Virus record (IMG/VR): IMGVR_UViG_3300025151_004231
Coordinates: 64,447 to 128,446 of that record
From: a virus
DNA length: 64,000 nt
Reading direction: 5' to 3' (one strand)
Shown: in pieces, positions 48,288-56,897 of the stretch
Layout of the letters: every line of letters starts with the position of its first letter
Numbering within the stretch: position 1 is the first letter of the stretch
Position numbers and translations under genes: made by a program
Notes under the pieces: model-generated
Seen by the model: the letters and a program-made list of their open reading frames with translations, nothing else
What the model was told of the DNA's origin: nothing
Databases searched by the model: none

Positions 48288-49211
48288 TTAAGAAGTCAAC
48301 TCAACTAAAGTTGCGGCGAGTGATATCTCAGGGATACCTACTAACGGCAGATTTGCTAGACCATTTCTGATAACAATGATATTTGCATCACGTTCTTCAT
48401 TACTTGCCCCAAACAAGTCTAAGTTATCATACATCCAACGATATGTATCTTCGATTCTAGTAGGATACAATGCGATATATTGCATCAATTGTTGTCTTGC
48501 TTCGATTAAATTACCGCTTTTAAACAAGTTTGTTGCTTCGACTAAAAGTTCATCTTCACTCTGGCCTTCACTCTGAGGGGCCCTCAGAGCGCCAGAACCG
48601 CTGTTTACTTGCAATTGATTAAGACACTTACGTAAGTCAGGATATGTTGCACGAACAAATGTATCTAAAACATCTAATTCAAAGTCAACATTCTCTGTAA
48701 CTAACACAGTTGCCGCTCTTGCTGTAAACTCTGTCATATCAGGCTTAGCAATATGATACTGATGACAACGAGACTTGAGTGCAGGAATGATCTTGTGAGC
48801 ATAGTTACATGTCAAAATGTATCTAACAGTCTCATGGTATGCTTCCATATCATTTCTTAAGGCTGCCTGCGAGGGCTGAGTTAAATAATCTGCCTCGTCT
48901 AACAACACCACCTTGAACTTGCCGAACGGCATAGTCTGCACAAAGCCATTAATCTTTTCACGTAACATGTCAATACCATTCTCACGTGATGCATTAATAG
49001 TCAATACGTCATATTCTTCGATACCTAATTCGTTGATCAGCACTTTTGCAAGTGTAGTTTTACCTGTACCGGGGTCACCAGACATCAATAGATGAGGGAA
49101 ACTATCCTCTGCTATCCAGTTCTGAACTTGTTCTTTTTGAATTGGATCTGTAAACACATAATCATCTACAGATAACGGACGATACTTTTCTACCCACAAC
49201 TGATTCTTCAT
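48288..49211 (-). CDS. Clamp loader AAA+ subunit (gp44/RFC-like)
   Basis: LWVEKYRP, GDPGTGKTT, INAS, LLDEADYL, LKSRC, PDLRK.LN.LQ. Confidence 0.95.
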   Translation of the reverse strand: MKNQLWVEKYRPLSVDDYVFTDPIQKEQVQNWIAEDSFPHLLMSGDPGTGKTTLAKVLINELGIEEYDVLTINASRENGIDMLREKINGFVQTMPFGKFKVVLLDEADYLTQPSQAALRNDMEAYHETVRYILTCNYAHKIIPALKSRCHQYHIAKPDMTEFTARAATVLVTENVDFELDVLDTFVRATYPDLRKCLNQLQVNSGSGALRAPQSEGQSEDELLVEATNLFKSGNLIEARQQLMQYIALYPTRIEDTYRWMYDNLDLFGASNEERDANIIVIRNGLANLPLVGIPEISLAATLVELTS

Positions 49212-49243
49212 TGATACCTCATTGAGTTTAATTTAATACTGTT

Positions 49244-49272
49244 ATTATATAGGATTAACGAGTAGATGTCAA
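49244..49272 (-). promoter_or_regulatory. Consensus sigma70 promoter
   Basis: TTGACA-17 bp-TATAAT upstream of the clamp loader. Confidence 0.85.
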
Positions 49273-49287
49273 TCATTAATTAAAGAA

Positions 49288-49309
49288 AAAGGGCAACAAT
49301 GTGCCCTTT
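49288..49309 (-). terminator. Rho-independent terminator
   Basis: AAAGGGCA-acaatg-TGCCCTTT with T-tract on the minus strand. Confidence 0.7.
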
Positions 49310-49312
49310 ATT

Positions 49313-49693
49313 TTAGTCTTCCCAACCGTCATCGTTTTCGTCATATACACCGTCGTTGTTTGTGTCACAATAACGTTGCCATGCTACCATATTAAATGTC
49401 AGACCTTCTGACCATGGAACATATGAGTCACACCATGCATGTGAGCCGACTGCCATGTCGTCATCAGTTCCGTTATCTACTTCAACATAATCACGCCGAG
49501 TAGTTTCCGGAAACTCTTTGAACTGAAAAGTTCTACCGCTATTAAAAGTGCGTTGTTGATACAACTTACCTTTAGTAACGTGAATCATTTCTCCTTCTGT
49601 AAGGGTCAATGTAGAACCATCGTCATAGTTGATAACTGTCTGGGCTGTAGCACCGAATGAAACTAGTGCTAAAATGAAAATAAAAAATTTCAT
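49313..49693 (-). CDS. Secreted/periplasmic protein
   Basis: Start moved to MKFFIFILALVSFGATA (signal peptide, RBS GGAG); C-terminal DTNNDG Ca-loop-like motif. Confidence 0.65.
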   Translation of the reverse strand: MKFFIFILALVSFGATAQTVINYDDGSTLTLTEGEMIHVTKGKLYQQRTFNSGRTFQFKEFPETTRRDYVEVDNGTDDDMAVGSHAWCDSYVPWSEGLTFNMVAWQRYCDTNNDGVYDENDDGWED

Positions 49694-49757
49694 ATAGTCT
49701 CCTTTGAATTTTTCATTATATGTATTCACATGAACACATACGTCAAAAACCCGAACA

Positions 49758-50135
49758 CTATGCTCCTTCTTTATCTCCATATGCCATGTTAGTCTGTGGT
49801 TCATCACTTACTAACAAGCAATCTTTTGGGTCAACACAACGAATTGTCTTGTCCCCTTCTTCGTCTGTAATGTTAATACCACGTGTCCAACGACCATGTG
49901 CTACCATTACATATTGTCCTTCTTTAAGTTCAGTATTTGCTTGTGGACCAATAGAGTATACTTGTGCCCATCTAGGCTTAATTCCTGCAGATTTTTTATC
50001 ATCGTCTACTAGAACGATACCAGATGCAAGTTTCTGTTCTCCAAACTCCATGCCGTGTACAATAATCTTATCACTAATTGCTCTTAGTGTTTTGCACTTA
50101 ATACGATTGATATTAGATTTAAGCCCTATTGCCAT
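49758..50135 (-). CDS. groES: GroES-family co-chaperonin
   Basis: LRAISDKIIV...KLASGIVL, AQVYSIGP, LKEGQYV. Confidence 0.85.
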   Translation of the reverse strand: MAIGLKSNINRIKCKTLRAISDKIIVHGMEFGEQKLASGIVLVDDDKKSAGIKPRWAQVYSIGPQANTELKEGQYVMVAHGRWTRGINITDEEGDKTIRCVDPKDCLLVSDEPQTNMAYGDKEGA

Positions 50136-50893
50136 TACTTTTTACCCTTCTTTTTAGATTTTGCTTTTGGTTTTTCTGTTACGATGTTTTCTAATGCCGC
50201 TTTCTTAATTGCTTCGATATCAAAGTCTTCTTCAAGTTCTGCTAATTCAGCCTCTTCAGGATGCAGTTCTGTTTCTCCTTCTGCTGGGAAACTATCTGGA
50301 GCCTCGTCTGCTGACTTCATTACAAATTCTTCAGGCTCTACAGGGGGAATAGGAGCAATCTCTGCTTCAATGGGTGCTACGTATTCTTCTTGTTGTTGTG
50401 GTGTTTCGATAGTCGGCGAACCATTTGCATCATATCCTTCAACTACAGTTTCTTGCGGTATTTCTGCTACTGGTTGCACACTTTCTTGCACTTTAGGTTT
50501 TGATTCTTCTACTAACTTGTCTAGCATAGGAGTCTCAGCCGGCGCCTTTTCTTCTACGGCGCCAGATTCTTGTGCTTTTGCCTCTTTTTCTAATGCTTCA
50601 AGTTCTCTCTTTTGCTTAGGAGATAACGGCGCATTTGGATTTGCACTTTTACTGAGATTAGGATTTTCAGGACGTTCTTGTAAACTTACTGCACCCTGTG
50701 TTCCTACTTGCGATGCATAAGAATCTGCAACTCTTTGCGTATTAGGTCTGACTACATTTCCTGCTTGATCAATCTCATCACCACGTGAATTGATTGAATT
50801 AATATTACTAACAGCACGTGTCTTTTCTTGTTTCGCAATCAAAGACGCCATGTCTAATGATTTTCCTCTTGCCGTTTTATATATTCTTCCCAT
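50135..50893 (-). CDS. Hypothetical protein with acidic Pro/Glu-rich low-complexity region
   Basis: YKTARGK.LDM..L, NSRGDEI N-terminal module. Confidence 0.7.
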   Translation of the reverse strand: MGRIYKTARGKSLDMASLIAKQEKTRAVSNINSINSRGDEIDQAGNVVRPNTQRVADSYASQVGTQGAVSLQERPENPNLSKSANPNAPLSPKQKRELEALEKEAKAQESGAVEEKAPAETPMLDKLVEESKPKVQESVQPVAEIPQETVVEGYDANGSPTIETPQQQEEYVAPIEAEIAPIPPVEPEEFVMKSADEAPDSFPAEGETELHPEEAELAELEEDFDIEAIKKAALENIVTEKPKAKSKKKGKK

Positions 50894-50901
50894 ATTGTTT
50901 C

Positions 50902-51408
50902 CTATTTTAAAAATTCTTCAACGTCTAAACCGTAGTATATACTATTTATACGGTGAATTCCTATCAAAAATAAAACAAAACTTGATACACTAGAGCCTCT
51001 TCCAACTCCCCATACAATATTATGTTCTCTCATCAAATCAACAAGATATTTCATATATTGTAAAAGCAGAAATTGTCCTCGTTTTTGATACAATAACAAT
51101 TCTTTTCCTACTCGTTGAAGTTCTTCTTCATGTTTACATTGTTCCAGTAACCATGCGGCAATATCAAGTTCTCTGTATTTCTGAGGCATATGCCATTTAC
51201 TTCGCATTTCTTCATCAAAATCTGCGACTGAAACTTGTGCAAGTGTATGTTCTAATAACTCTGGGACATTTTCTATTTCAAGTTCTGGATCGATTTCTAT
51301 TTTACCGTCAGTAAGAACGTGCTTTAACTTCTGATTCGGATTCTTCATGTAGATATCTACTAAATCTCGTTCAGTATAGATAGGACGTCCGTAGTAATCG
51401 TTAATCAT
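50902..51408 (-). CDS. Stand-alone fragment homologous to DNA polymerase III alpha (DnaE)
   Basis: RV.KEL.LY, LVD.MRE.NIVWGVGRGSSVSS.VLFLIGIH.INS..YGL. Confidence 0.85.
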   Translation of the reverse strand: MINDYYGRPIYTERDLVDIYMKNPNQKLKHVLTDGKIEIDPELEIENVPELLEHTLAQVSVADFDEEMRSKWHMPQKYRELDIAAWLLEQCKHEEELQRVGKELLLYQKRGQFLLLQYMKYLVDLMREHNIVWGVGRGSSVSSFVLFLIGIHRINSIYYGLDVEEFLK

Positions 51409-51415
51409 ATGATAT

Positions 51416-51443
51416 ATTATACACTAATATAGTTGAAATACAA
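51416..51443 (-). promoter_or_regulatory. Sigma70-type promoter
   Basis: TTGTAT-16 bp-TATAAT, 7 nt before ATG 51408. Confidence 0.55.
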
Positions 51444-51453
51444 GCAAAAAGGT

Positions 51454-52026
51454 CTAACTCTTGGTAGATTTTTTACCCTTTTTGCTGAAGTTGAGTGATA
51501 GTTTTTCCCATTCATCATTAGAAAAAAGTTTTACGATATTGTTATCATCATCGATTGGTTTGGAATGTTCAATGCAAAGTGTACTACAGTTCCACCATTT
51601 AAAATTAGATTGATCTATATTATTTTCTACTATCTCTGAAACCGTACAGAATCGAACACCCTCACTTAAATGAGAACTTAATGTACAGTCAGTTATTTTG
51701 ATTCTTCCCTCAGCAATAGAATTAAATTTTTGCAAGAGTGCCATAGAAATAATTTGATCAAAGGGATCGTCTGGTAATTCACAAACTCTAATACCTGCTT
51801 CTTTGTATTTTTTAATTTCTTTAACGTTGTTTTCGTTAATAAAGATGCAATTGTTTAATACATGTATAACGAAATGTATTAGGCGCTCTAATGCGATGTT
51901 TTGTTCTGCAATGTCTTCTGTCTCTACTAACATAGATAAAGTCATTATATATTCATTTAGCATGAACGTGTCGGCAAAATGTATTGCAGTAGAGAAACCT
52001 AAATCTTTCTCTATTCTAGTACTCAT
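51454..52026 (-). CDS. Hypothetical protein
   Basis: Coupled ORF; LPDDPFDQ..M.L..K.N motif. Confidence 0.7.
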   Translation of the reverse strand: MSTRIEKDLGFSTAIHFADTFMLNEYIMTLSMLVETEDIAEQNIALERLIHFVIHVLNNCIFINENNVKEIKKYKEAGIRVCELPDDPFDQIISMALLQKFNSIAEGRIKITDCTLSSHLSEGVRFCTVSEIVENNIDQSNFKWWNCSTLCIEHSKPIDDDNNIVKLFSNDEWEKLSLNFSKKGKKSTKS

Positions 52027-52262
52027 TTTCTATCTACTTTAATGTTATCACCTATGTCTTTTTCAGCAAATAACTTGTCTAGTTTTTTCTTTTGCTCGGC
52101 TTTGTAACTATTAAGAATCATATCTAATTGATTAATCATAGGTTGATTTTGTATGCGATGTGCAAATGTGATTTTGGTAGTAAGATCAGAAATTGCTTCT
52201 TGTAAATCTTCTATACTTTTATCAGAGAGATCACTAATAAATGGATGATGCATGCCTGACAT
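52023..52262 (-). CDS. Hypothetical coiled-coil protein
   Basis: RBS AAGGAG; HPF..DLSDKS..DL. Confidence 0.7.
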   Translation of the reverse strand: MSGMHHPFISDLSDKSIEDLQEAISDLTTKITFAHRIQNQPMINQLDMILNSYKAEQKKKLDKLFAEKDIGDNIKVDRK

Positions 52263-52272
52263 AGCCTACTCC

Positions 52273-53742
52273 TTAGAAAGAATCTAGTTTAACTCTTTTC
52301 CAAATATCGTGGCCTTGTGTGTATGTCGTGCCTAATGCTACGTTTGAACTAAATGTGTGATCTGCTAATGTTACATTGCCGTCTGCTACACCATTTGTAC
52401 GTGATCGGCTTATTGATATTTTTGTGTTTGCACCACCTGTATCAATATCAGCAATATAATATGTAGTATTGGCTTCTATTCCACCTGCGTTTAATTCTAT
52501 TTCTCCACCTGAAAATACAATAGGTTGATTTAAACCGTATGATGCTATATTTGGAATTGTTGCTGTAAATTCTATCTGATCTGCTGTTGCAGTAGTCATC
52601 AATAAATTAGCAGTGTTTACTGTGCTATCAAATGTTCCAGTAGCATGATAAACATATTTAATAGGTGATACTTGCATTGTGCTGTTACCAGTTGATAATG
52701 AAATGTTGCTACCACCTAATGTAGTGCTTACTGCAAAACTAGTATTATCTTCGACAAATGTTACATAATAATCTGTACCCGCAGACACTCCTCCGAATAC
52801 TGCATTGCCATTTTGTCCTGTAAACTCTACAGGCATACCTATATAAAATCCAGTAGTATTGTCTGTAATAAATGTATTGTCACTGGCTGTACCAGTGCCT
52901 ACTCCTACGCCAGTTGCTACAAAAGTAGTTCCTGGGTTGCTGTCTGCGGCACCAATTAAAGTAAAATCAGTGTCTCCTGTAGAAACAATAATATATTCTC
53001 TACCAATTACAAATGATCCTGCAGTAATAACGTTACCTGTATCAGTTACAGTCTGTGGTTCAATAACTGGATCAATTGCAACGTCACCATTTCTATCACC
53101 TACATAACCTGTAGGGGTAATTGCTTCTCTTTGTTCGATTTGCGAGATTTGATAACTTCTGTTAACTGGTTCTACTACGATTGTATTACCACAATCAATG
53201 GTAGAAAAATCATATATGAGATTAGTTACATTGTGTGGTGCTTTAGCAATTGCTAAGTTACCACTAACTTCGATGTTGTTTTCTAAAATGTCTCCACTAC
53301 CTACAACTTCAGCAGGGAATATTAAAAATGCATCAGTATTTGCAACTGTTAAGTCTAATGTTATAGTATGTTTTGTAGCAGTAGGTGCCCAACCTGCAAA
53401 TTGAAACGTAGTGTTTCCTGTGATAGTTGCAAATTGTACGTCACCTAACGTACAATCAACTACAACTGATCCTGATACGTTATTACCTAAATTATATGTA
53501 GTATTACGAAAAGTTCTAATAGCGGCATTACTAATTAAAGTATTAGCCATGTTATTATTAAGCGGGATATTATTTAGAGCCTGCTTAAGCACAGCCTTAT
53601 CTTGCAATTCGGTAATTTCCTCGCCGGCTGTGTTTAAATTATTTTTGATAGACGTAAAGTTATCTCTAAAACCCTGAGAATTATTATTCTGTCCCGGGGT
53701 AGGATAGTTTCCGTTTATTCCGTTTGTATTAATTGTACTCAT
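52273..53742 (-). CDS. Tail/baseplate-associated structural protein
   Basis: N-terminal YP.PGQ.NNSQGFRDNF..IK.NL...EI..LQ; repeated G..AGT.YY(V/I) beta modules; C-terminal IWKRV; GATAAATA at 53774-53767. Confidence 0.75.
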   Translation of the reverse strand: MSTINTNGINGNYPTPGQNNNSQGFRDNFTSIKNNLNTAGEEITELQDKAVLKQALNNIPLNNNMANTLISNAAIRTFRNTTYNLGNNVSGSVVVDCTLGDVQFATITGNTTFQFAGWAPTATKHTITLDLTVANTDAFLIFPAEVVGSGDILENNIEVSGNLAIAKAPHNVTNLIYDFSTIDCGNTIVVEPVNRSYQISQIEQREAITPTGYVGDRNGDVAIDPVIEPQTVTDTGNVITAGSFVIGREYIIVSTGDTDFTLIGAADSNPGTTFVATGVGVGTGTASDNTFITDNTTGFYIGMPVEFTGQNGNAVFGGVSAGTDYYVTFVEDNTSFAVSTTLGGSNISLSTGNSTMQVSPIKYVYHATGTFDSTVNTANLLMTTATADQIEFTATIPNIASYGLNQPIVFSGGEIELNAGGIEANTTYYIADIDTGGANTKISISRSRTNGVADGNVTLADHTFSSNVALGTTYTQGHDIWKRVKLDSF

Positions 53743-53782
53743 AATTTATTTAATCTCTCAATATACTATTTATCAACGCAAA

Positions 53783-56407
53783 TTATCCAGATACATTTCC
53801 TTCATCAGGTAAGATCGTTCTTCTAGGAAATAAAACATGAAAATCTTCAGAGTCAATAGGATCGGGTTCTGGAGACGCACTAGGCAGTCCTGTCCATGCG
53901 GGCGGCGTAGTATTATTATCGTAGTCAAATGTAGTAGACTTGTCAACAGTGATTCTGTCTAACTGGAAGTTGATCGTGTTCAACGTATATGGTCTTCCTA
54001 AAGGATCTAACCATAACGTTTCAATGTTGTTTTTAATTGCATCAGCAGTTCCTGGTTTACAATACGCAATAACCCAAGCAGGAGTATATCCTAATGTTGA
54101 CCCATTTGCTTGTTGACTTGTCATCCATTCAGGTAGCAATCTAAAATCAAATTCTTGTCCTAAATTTTCTCCTGTTCTATCTCTCATGTTTGGCAGTGAG
54201 TTAGGATATAATGCTCTCGCAAACTCAGGAGTTAAACTTGTGTAATACTTAGGTGCACTTGTTTCTGTCAATAAAGGCAACTCAGTTTCTGAAACAATTA
54301 ATTGTTCTTCAAATGTTTCTTCAGTTTGTATTTGTTGTCCGTCAGGAGTAGTATCTATGTAACTTGTATAGATATCTGTTACACTTGTATACCAAGGTCC
54401 TTTATTCAAAGGTATATTTCTTGGCCACAGAATGTCTTGGCTGATGCTTTTACCTTTTGGATTGATTAAATTATCTTGTATTTCAGAATAAACTACTTCG
54501 TATACAATTTCTCCTGCTGAATTTTTAGCAACCGCAGTCTTTAATTCACCTAATGTAATATATCTCCAATAATGATTTTTATCAATAGCCGCTACATAAT
54601 CTTCAAAGTCACTTGCATAGATACCATAAGCATGTTCATATGTGATATTATCTGCTTTACCAAAGTTAACATCTTCAGGTCTATACAAATCTGCATCCGG
54701 TATGATTGCAGTATTTGTAAGTAACCCTTGAATAATATTTCTATCTGCAACACTCGGTACACATTTAATATATAATGTGTCAGTTGGTTGAGTAAATTCT
54801 TGTACAATTGTTAATGTAAATTCTCTAGTAGAATTTATAACCGGGTATAGAGGCGAGTATGCTTCGATTGTAAATGTAAATGGAGTTTCATTACCAGGTT
54901 CTGTAAACGTGTCATTAGGCTGATATGCAACTGTACCTGATATCTCACCATTATCTAATAGTTGTAAGTTAGGAGGTAATGTTCCGCTTGTTATTCTATA
55001 CTCTAATGGTACGTCTGCTGTTGCACTGACTGCTAAAATAGATGTTTCACTATTATTCATCTTACCGAGATCACTAGGTGTTGTCCAATCAATCACACCT
55101 AATATATCATTTGTTACTGTTAATTTAAATCGAAAAGTAGAACTTTGTATAGATGTGAAACTTGCCTTTCTTACATTAACACTAAATGTATATTGTGAAA
55201 TGCTATCTTCTGCAATTGTAGGCGTTCCTGTTATCCATCCTGTGACTGGATCTCCTACTAATCCTAAAGGCAGATCAGTATATCGATACTCTAAAGCATT
55301 ACCATCAAAATCTTTTCCTAACATTCTCCAAGAAAAATATTCACCACTTTGAAATGTTCCAATATCTGCCTCTTCACTAGGAGAGTATGTAGTGTTTAAG
55401 TCACCATTAGGAAATACATAATAACCATAATTAGTTGGGTCGTTTACTGCTATGTCAAATGTTGCTGGTCTTGTGTTTAGAACACTAGGTATTCTACTAT
55501 TCGGTGGGAAGCCAGGGCCGCCTGAACTAATAGGTGCATTTTGATTAGCAATAACGATGTTATATGATTCTAATGCATTTCCTAATGGTGATGTCAATTC
55601 TAATGTAAATGAATATGTTTGTACCGTAGGTTCACCAGTTTGTATCTGTGGCAACGTTGCTCCAAATGTTCCAACACCATCTACCAAAATTTCTTCTGTA
55701 CCACCTCTTGCACCTGATATTGTAAATGTGGTTGCACTTAAAATATCCTTGACATAATATGTTCTGTTTGCTACAATGTCTCCGTATACTGCACCATTGA
55801 ATATAATAGGTCTTTCTTCAACAAATCCTGTCGTACTTAATACTGTTAAAACATTTGATGATATTGCTAATACTGATGTATTAACTGTACTGTAATTAAT
55901 ATTAATAACTGGAGCATCAGGATAGCCTCTGATCAAACCTTTATCGTTAATTTCTAATCCAGGTGGTAATGTTCCTTGAATTTTTCTAATAGATATCGGA
56001 TTGTCTTCTACTGGATTTGTGTATTCTATTTGTAACTCTCTCCACACACTATCATTAGAATTTAATATAGTACCAGTAGGAGTAATAAACTCAGGCGTTG
56101 CAACACCACTAATAATCATACTAAACGTTCTATCTAAAATACGTTGTGTATCTCCTAGATAATCGTCTGTTGCTCTGACAGCAAAATTATAAGTAGTGTC
56201 TTCACCAACTGTTGCAGGTGTACCTGATAATACACCAGTTTCACTGTTTAGTGATAATCCTTCAGGTATGCTTCCACTTAGTATTGTATAAGTGATTGCT
56301 GTTGCAGGAAGTTCTGGAGTTGCTACAAACGTAAATGTCATAGGAACTTGAGACGGGAATGCGCCTATACTTCCGGCTGGTGTTACCCAATCAGGATGAT
56401 TACTCAT
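53783..56407 (-). CDS. Baseplate/tail structural protein with putative Ig-like repeats
   Basis: Repeated W.TP.G.(I/L)G and SG.LP.GL.L...G.(I/L)SG.P; Y.F.V.A. Confidence 0.75.
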   Translation of the reverse strand: MSNHPDWVTPAGSIGAFPSQVPMTFTFVATPELPATAITYTILSGSIPEGLSLNSETGVLSGTPATVGEDTTYNFAVRATDDYLGDTQRILDRTFSMIISGVATPEFITPTGTILNSNDSVWRELQIEYTNPVEDNPISIRKIQGTLPPGLEINDKGLIRGYPDAPVININYSTVNTSVLAISSNVLTVLSTTGFVEERPIIFNGAVYGDIVANRTYYVKDILSATTFTISGARGGTEEILVDGVGTFGATLPQIQTGEPTVQTYSFTLELTSPLGNALESYNIVIANQNAPISSGGPGFPPNSRIPSVLNTRPATFDIAVNDPTNYGYYVFPNGDLNTTYSPSEEADIGTFQSGEYFSWRMLGKDFDGNALEYRYTDLPLGLVGDPVTGWITGTPTIAEDSISQYTFSVNVRKASFTSIQSSTFRFKLTVTNDILGVIDWTTPSDLGKMNNSETSILAVSATADVPLEYRITSGTLPPNLQLLDNGEISGTVAYQPNDTFTEPGNETPFTFTIEAYSPLYPVINSTREFTLTIVQEFTQPTDTLYIKCVPSVADRNIIQGLLTNTAIIPDADLYRPEDVNFGKADNITYEHAYGIYASDFEDYVAAIDKNHYWRYITLGELKTAVAKNSAGEIVYEVVYSEIQDNLINPKGKSISQDILWPRNIPLNKGPWYTSVTDIYTSYIDTTPDGQQIQTEETFEEQLIVSETELPLLTETSAPKYYTSLTPEFARALYPNSLPNMRDRTGENLGQEFDFRLLPEWMTSQQANGSTLGYTPAWVIAYCKPGTADAIKNNIETLWLDPLGRPYTLNTINFQLDRITVDKSTTFDYDNNTTPPAWTGLPSASPEPDPIDSEDFHVLFPRRTILPDEGNVSG

Positions 56408-56865
56408 TTATTGAGACCTAATGAATAATGTGTTCTGCCGTCAACTTTAGATGCAGTTAAAGACTTGCCTCTATTACCTGCAGTATTGTAAGTAACATGT
56501 ACCCAACCTGAGTCAGGTACACCCGGGGTATAGAATTCTAAGATTACTTGATCAAAATCTGTGTTCTTTTCAATCCACTTAGCCAGATCGTAATTAGATA
56601 CGCCATGTATTTCTATGTCTGCGGCCTGTCCTTTGCAATGTTGCGATTTTGCACTTCCGCCTACTGCTTTATTAAGAGCAGATCCACGATATCCACTATT
56701 AATAATTACAGGTCCAAAATGATCTCTTACTTTTTGTAATACGTTTTCACATAATGCTTTTGCATTTTCTAAATGTTCTTCAGGCATAGTGTTATCTAAA
56801 CCCTGACGTATTGCTGTTTGACTTTTTTCAAACTCTGTGAGTGTAAAATTTTTTGATAATTTCAT
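56404..56865 (-). CDS. Peptidase M15 family (probable endolysin)
   Basis: Start moved to MKLSKNFTL.E; INSGYR, VGG...SQHCKGQAAD, WVHV. Confidence 0.9.
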   Translation of the reverse strand: MKLSKNFTLTEFEKSQTAIRQGLDNTMPEEHLENAKALCENVLQKVRDHFGPVIINSGYRGSALNKAVGGSAKSQHCKGQAADIEIHGVSNYDLAKWIEKNTDFDQVILEFYTPGVPDSGWVHVTYNTAGNRGKSLTASKVDGRTHYSLGLNK

Positions 56866-56897
56866 TTGTTTTTTATCCTTCTTAAAGATGCAAAACA

